In this document: positions 63,242 to 64,000 of the stretch, piece by piece
Position numbering within the stretch: position 1 is the first letter of the stretch
Layout of the letters: every line of letters starts with the position of its first letter
NCBI GenBank assembly: GCA_951406725.2
Contig: OX597814.1
Location: 174,902,001 to 174,966,000 of the forward strand
DNA: 64,000 nt
Reading direction: 5' to 3'
Source: Octopus vulgaris
Lineage: Eukaryota
Program-made: the position numbers and the translations under genes
Notes under the pieces: model-generated
What the model was told of the DNA's origin: nothing
Database searches by the model: none
What the model saw: only the letters and a program-made list of their open reading frames with translations

Positions 63242-64000
63242 CTAAAAACAATAAAAAAAATAATAAAATGTAATTCCCTAGAAAGCAAAACCCAAATTTA
63301 TAATAGAAACAAGAAGAGCTGTCATGTATTTTTTCAACAGAATGACAAGGATAAAAACTATTTATAAAGCAATTGTTTCAGCAGTTGTACATTAGCAATA
63401 ACAATATGTAATAATGAAAACTGAATTAAAAATGATGAAGAAATATTCTAGTTAACTAATAATTTGGGCTTTAAAGTTACCTTCCAATCTAATTTTACTT
63501 GACACAACAGTACTCAAATGTTTGAGAGGTTCACCTTTTCTAAGTTGGAATGAGATTTTATTGATTTCATAACCAGGAAAGGCAGACCTACAATTGCCAG
63601 TTGACTTCTCACATGGATGAAAAATTGAAAATGTTTTCTATGGCTATCTAAGTAAGTACAGTTTAATGAACATGTAACAAAAGCAATCAATGTCTTATAT
63701 TCAAATGAAAAATGATCCAACACCTACAAAGTCAAAAAGCCAACACCAAGAGATAAAATTTTAAAAATTGAAATGAATTATTTTTAAAATGTCAACATAA
63801 ATTGTTTTCATAAAAGTAAATTATCATTGTATTTCATTATATTTCTTTGTTTTCTGTTTTGATTAATCACTTATCCTGATATCACATGTTCATAATTAAG
63901 TAGGAAATATTTCATGATGCAAACTACCAACCAGCATTTTTACTGATTATAAATTTAACTTTAAAAACATAAACTATAAGCTGGCAATTTGTTTCAAGAA

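Overview
AT-rich, intron-rich eukaryotic DNA. The repeat landscape suggests an Octopus-like cephalopod, but that is an inference. I reconstructed three spliced genes by hand, checking GT-AG boundaries and exon phases. (1) The last three coding exons of an ENTR1/SDCCAG3-like coiled-coil gene (+, 2562-5349). (2) A complete 10-coding-exon PIGQ/GPI1 gene (-, 6362-24694, 564 aa), convergent with ENTR1. (3) The last ten coding exons of a SEC24C/D-type COPII gene (-, 44347-63241, 430 aa in the window). The rest is dominated by decayed mobile DNA: several SINE families, RTE, CR1-like, R4/Dong and Penelope-like retroelements, a Gypsy pol remnant, a mariner remnant, piggyBac-like and foldback MITEs, and microsatellites. 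Most ORFs in the supplied track are spurious repeat translations. I found no convincing novel multi-gene system. The most interesting local features are a duplicated PIGQ exon fragment with its splice acceptor captured inside a MITE, an in-frame uORF ending in UGA two codons before the PIGQ start, inverted repeat pairs and hairpins around exons (possible dsRNA, editing or circRNA substrates), and a PHD-like finger inside an RTE ORF2. Family names come from motif recall, not database searches, and TE boundaries are approximate.
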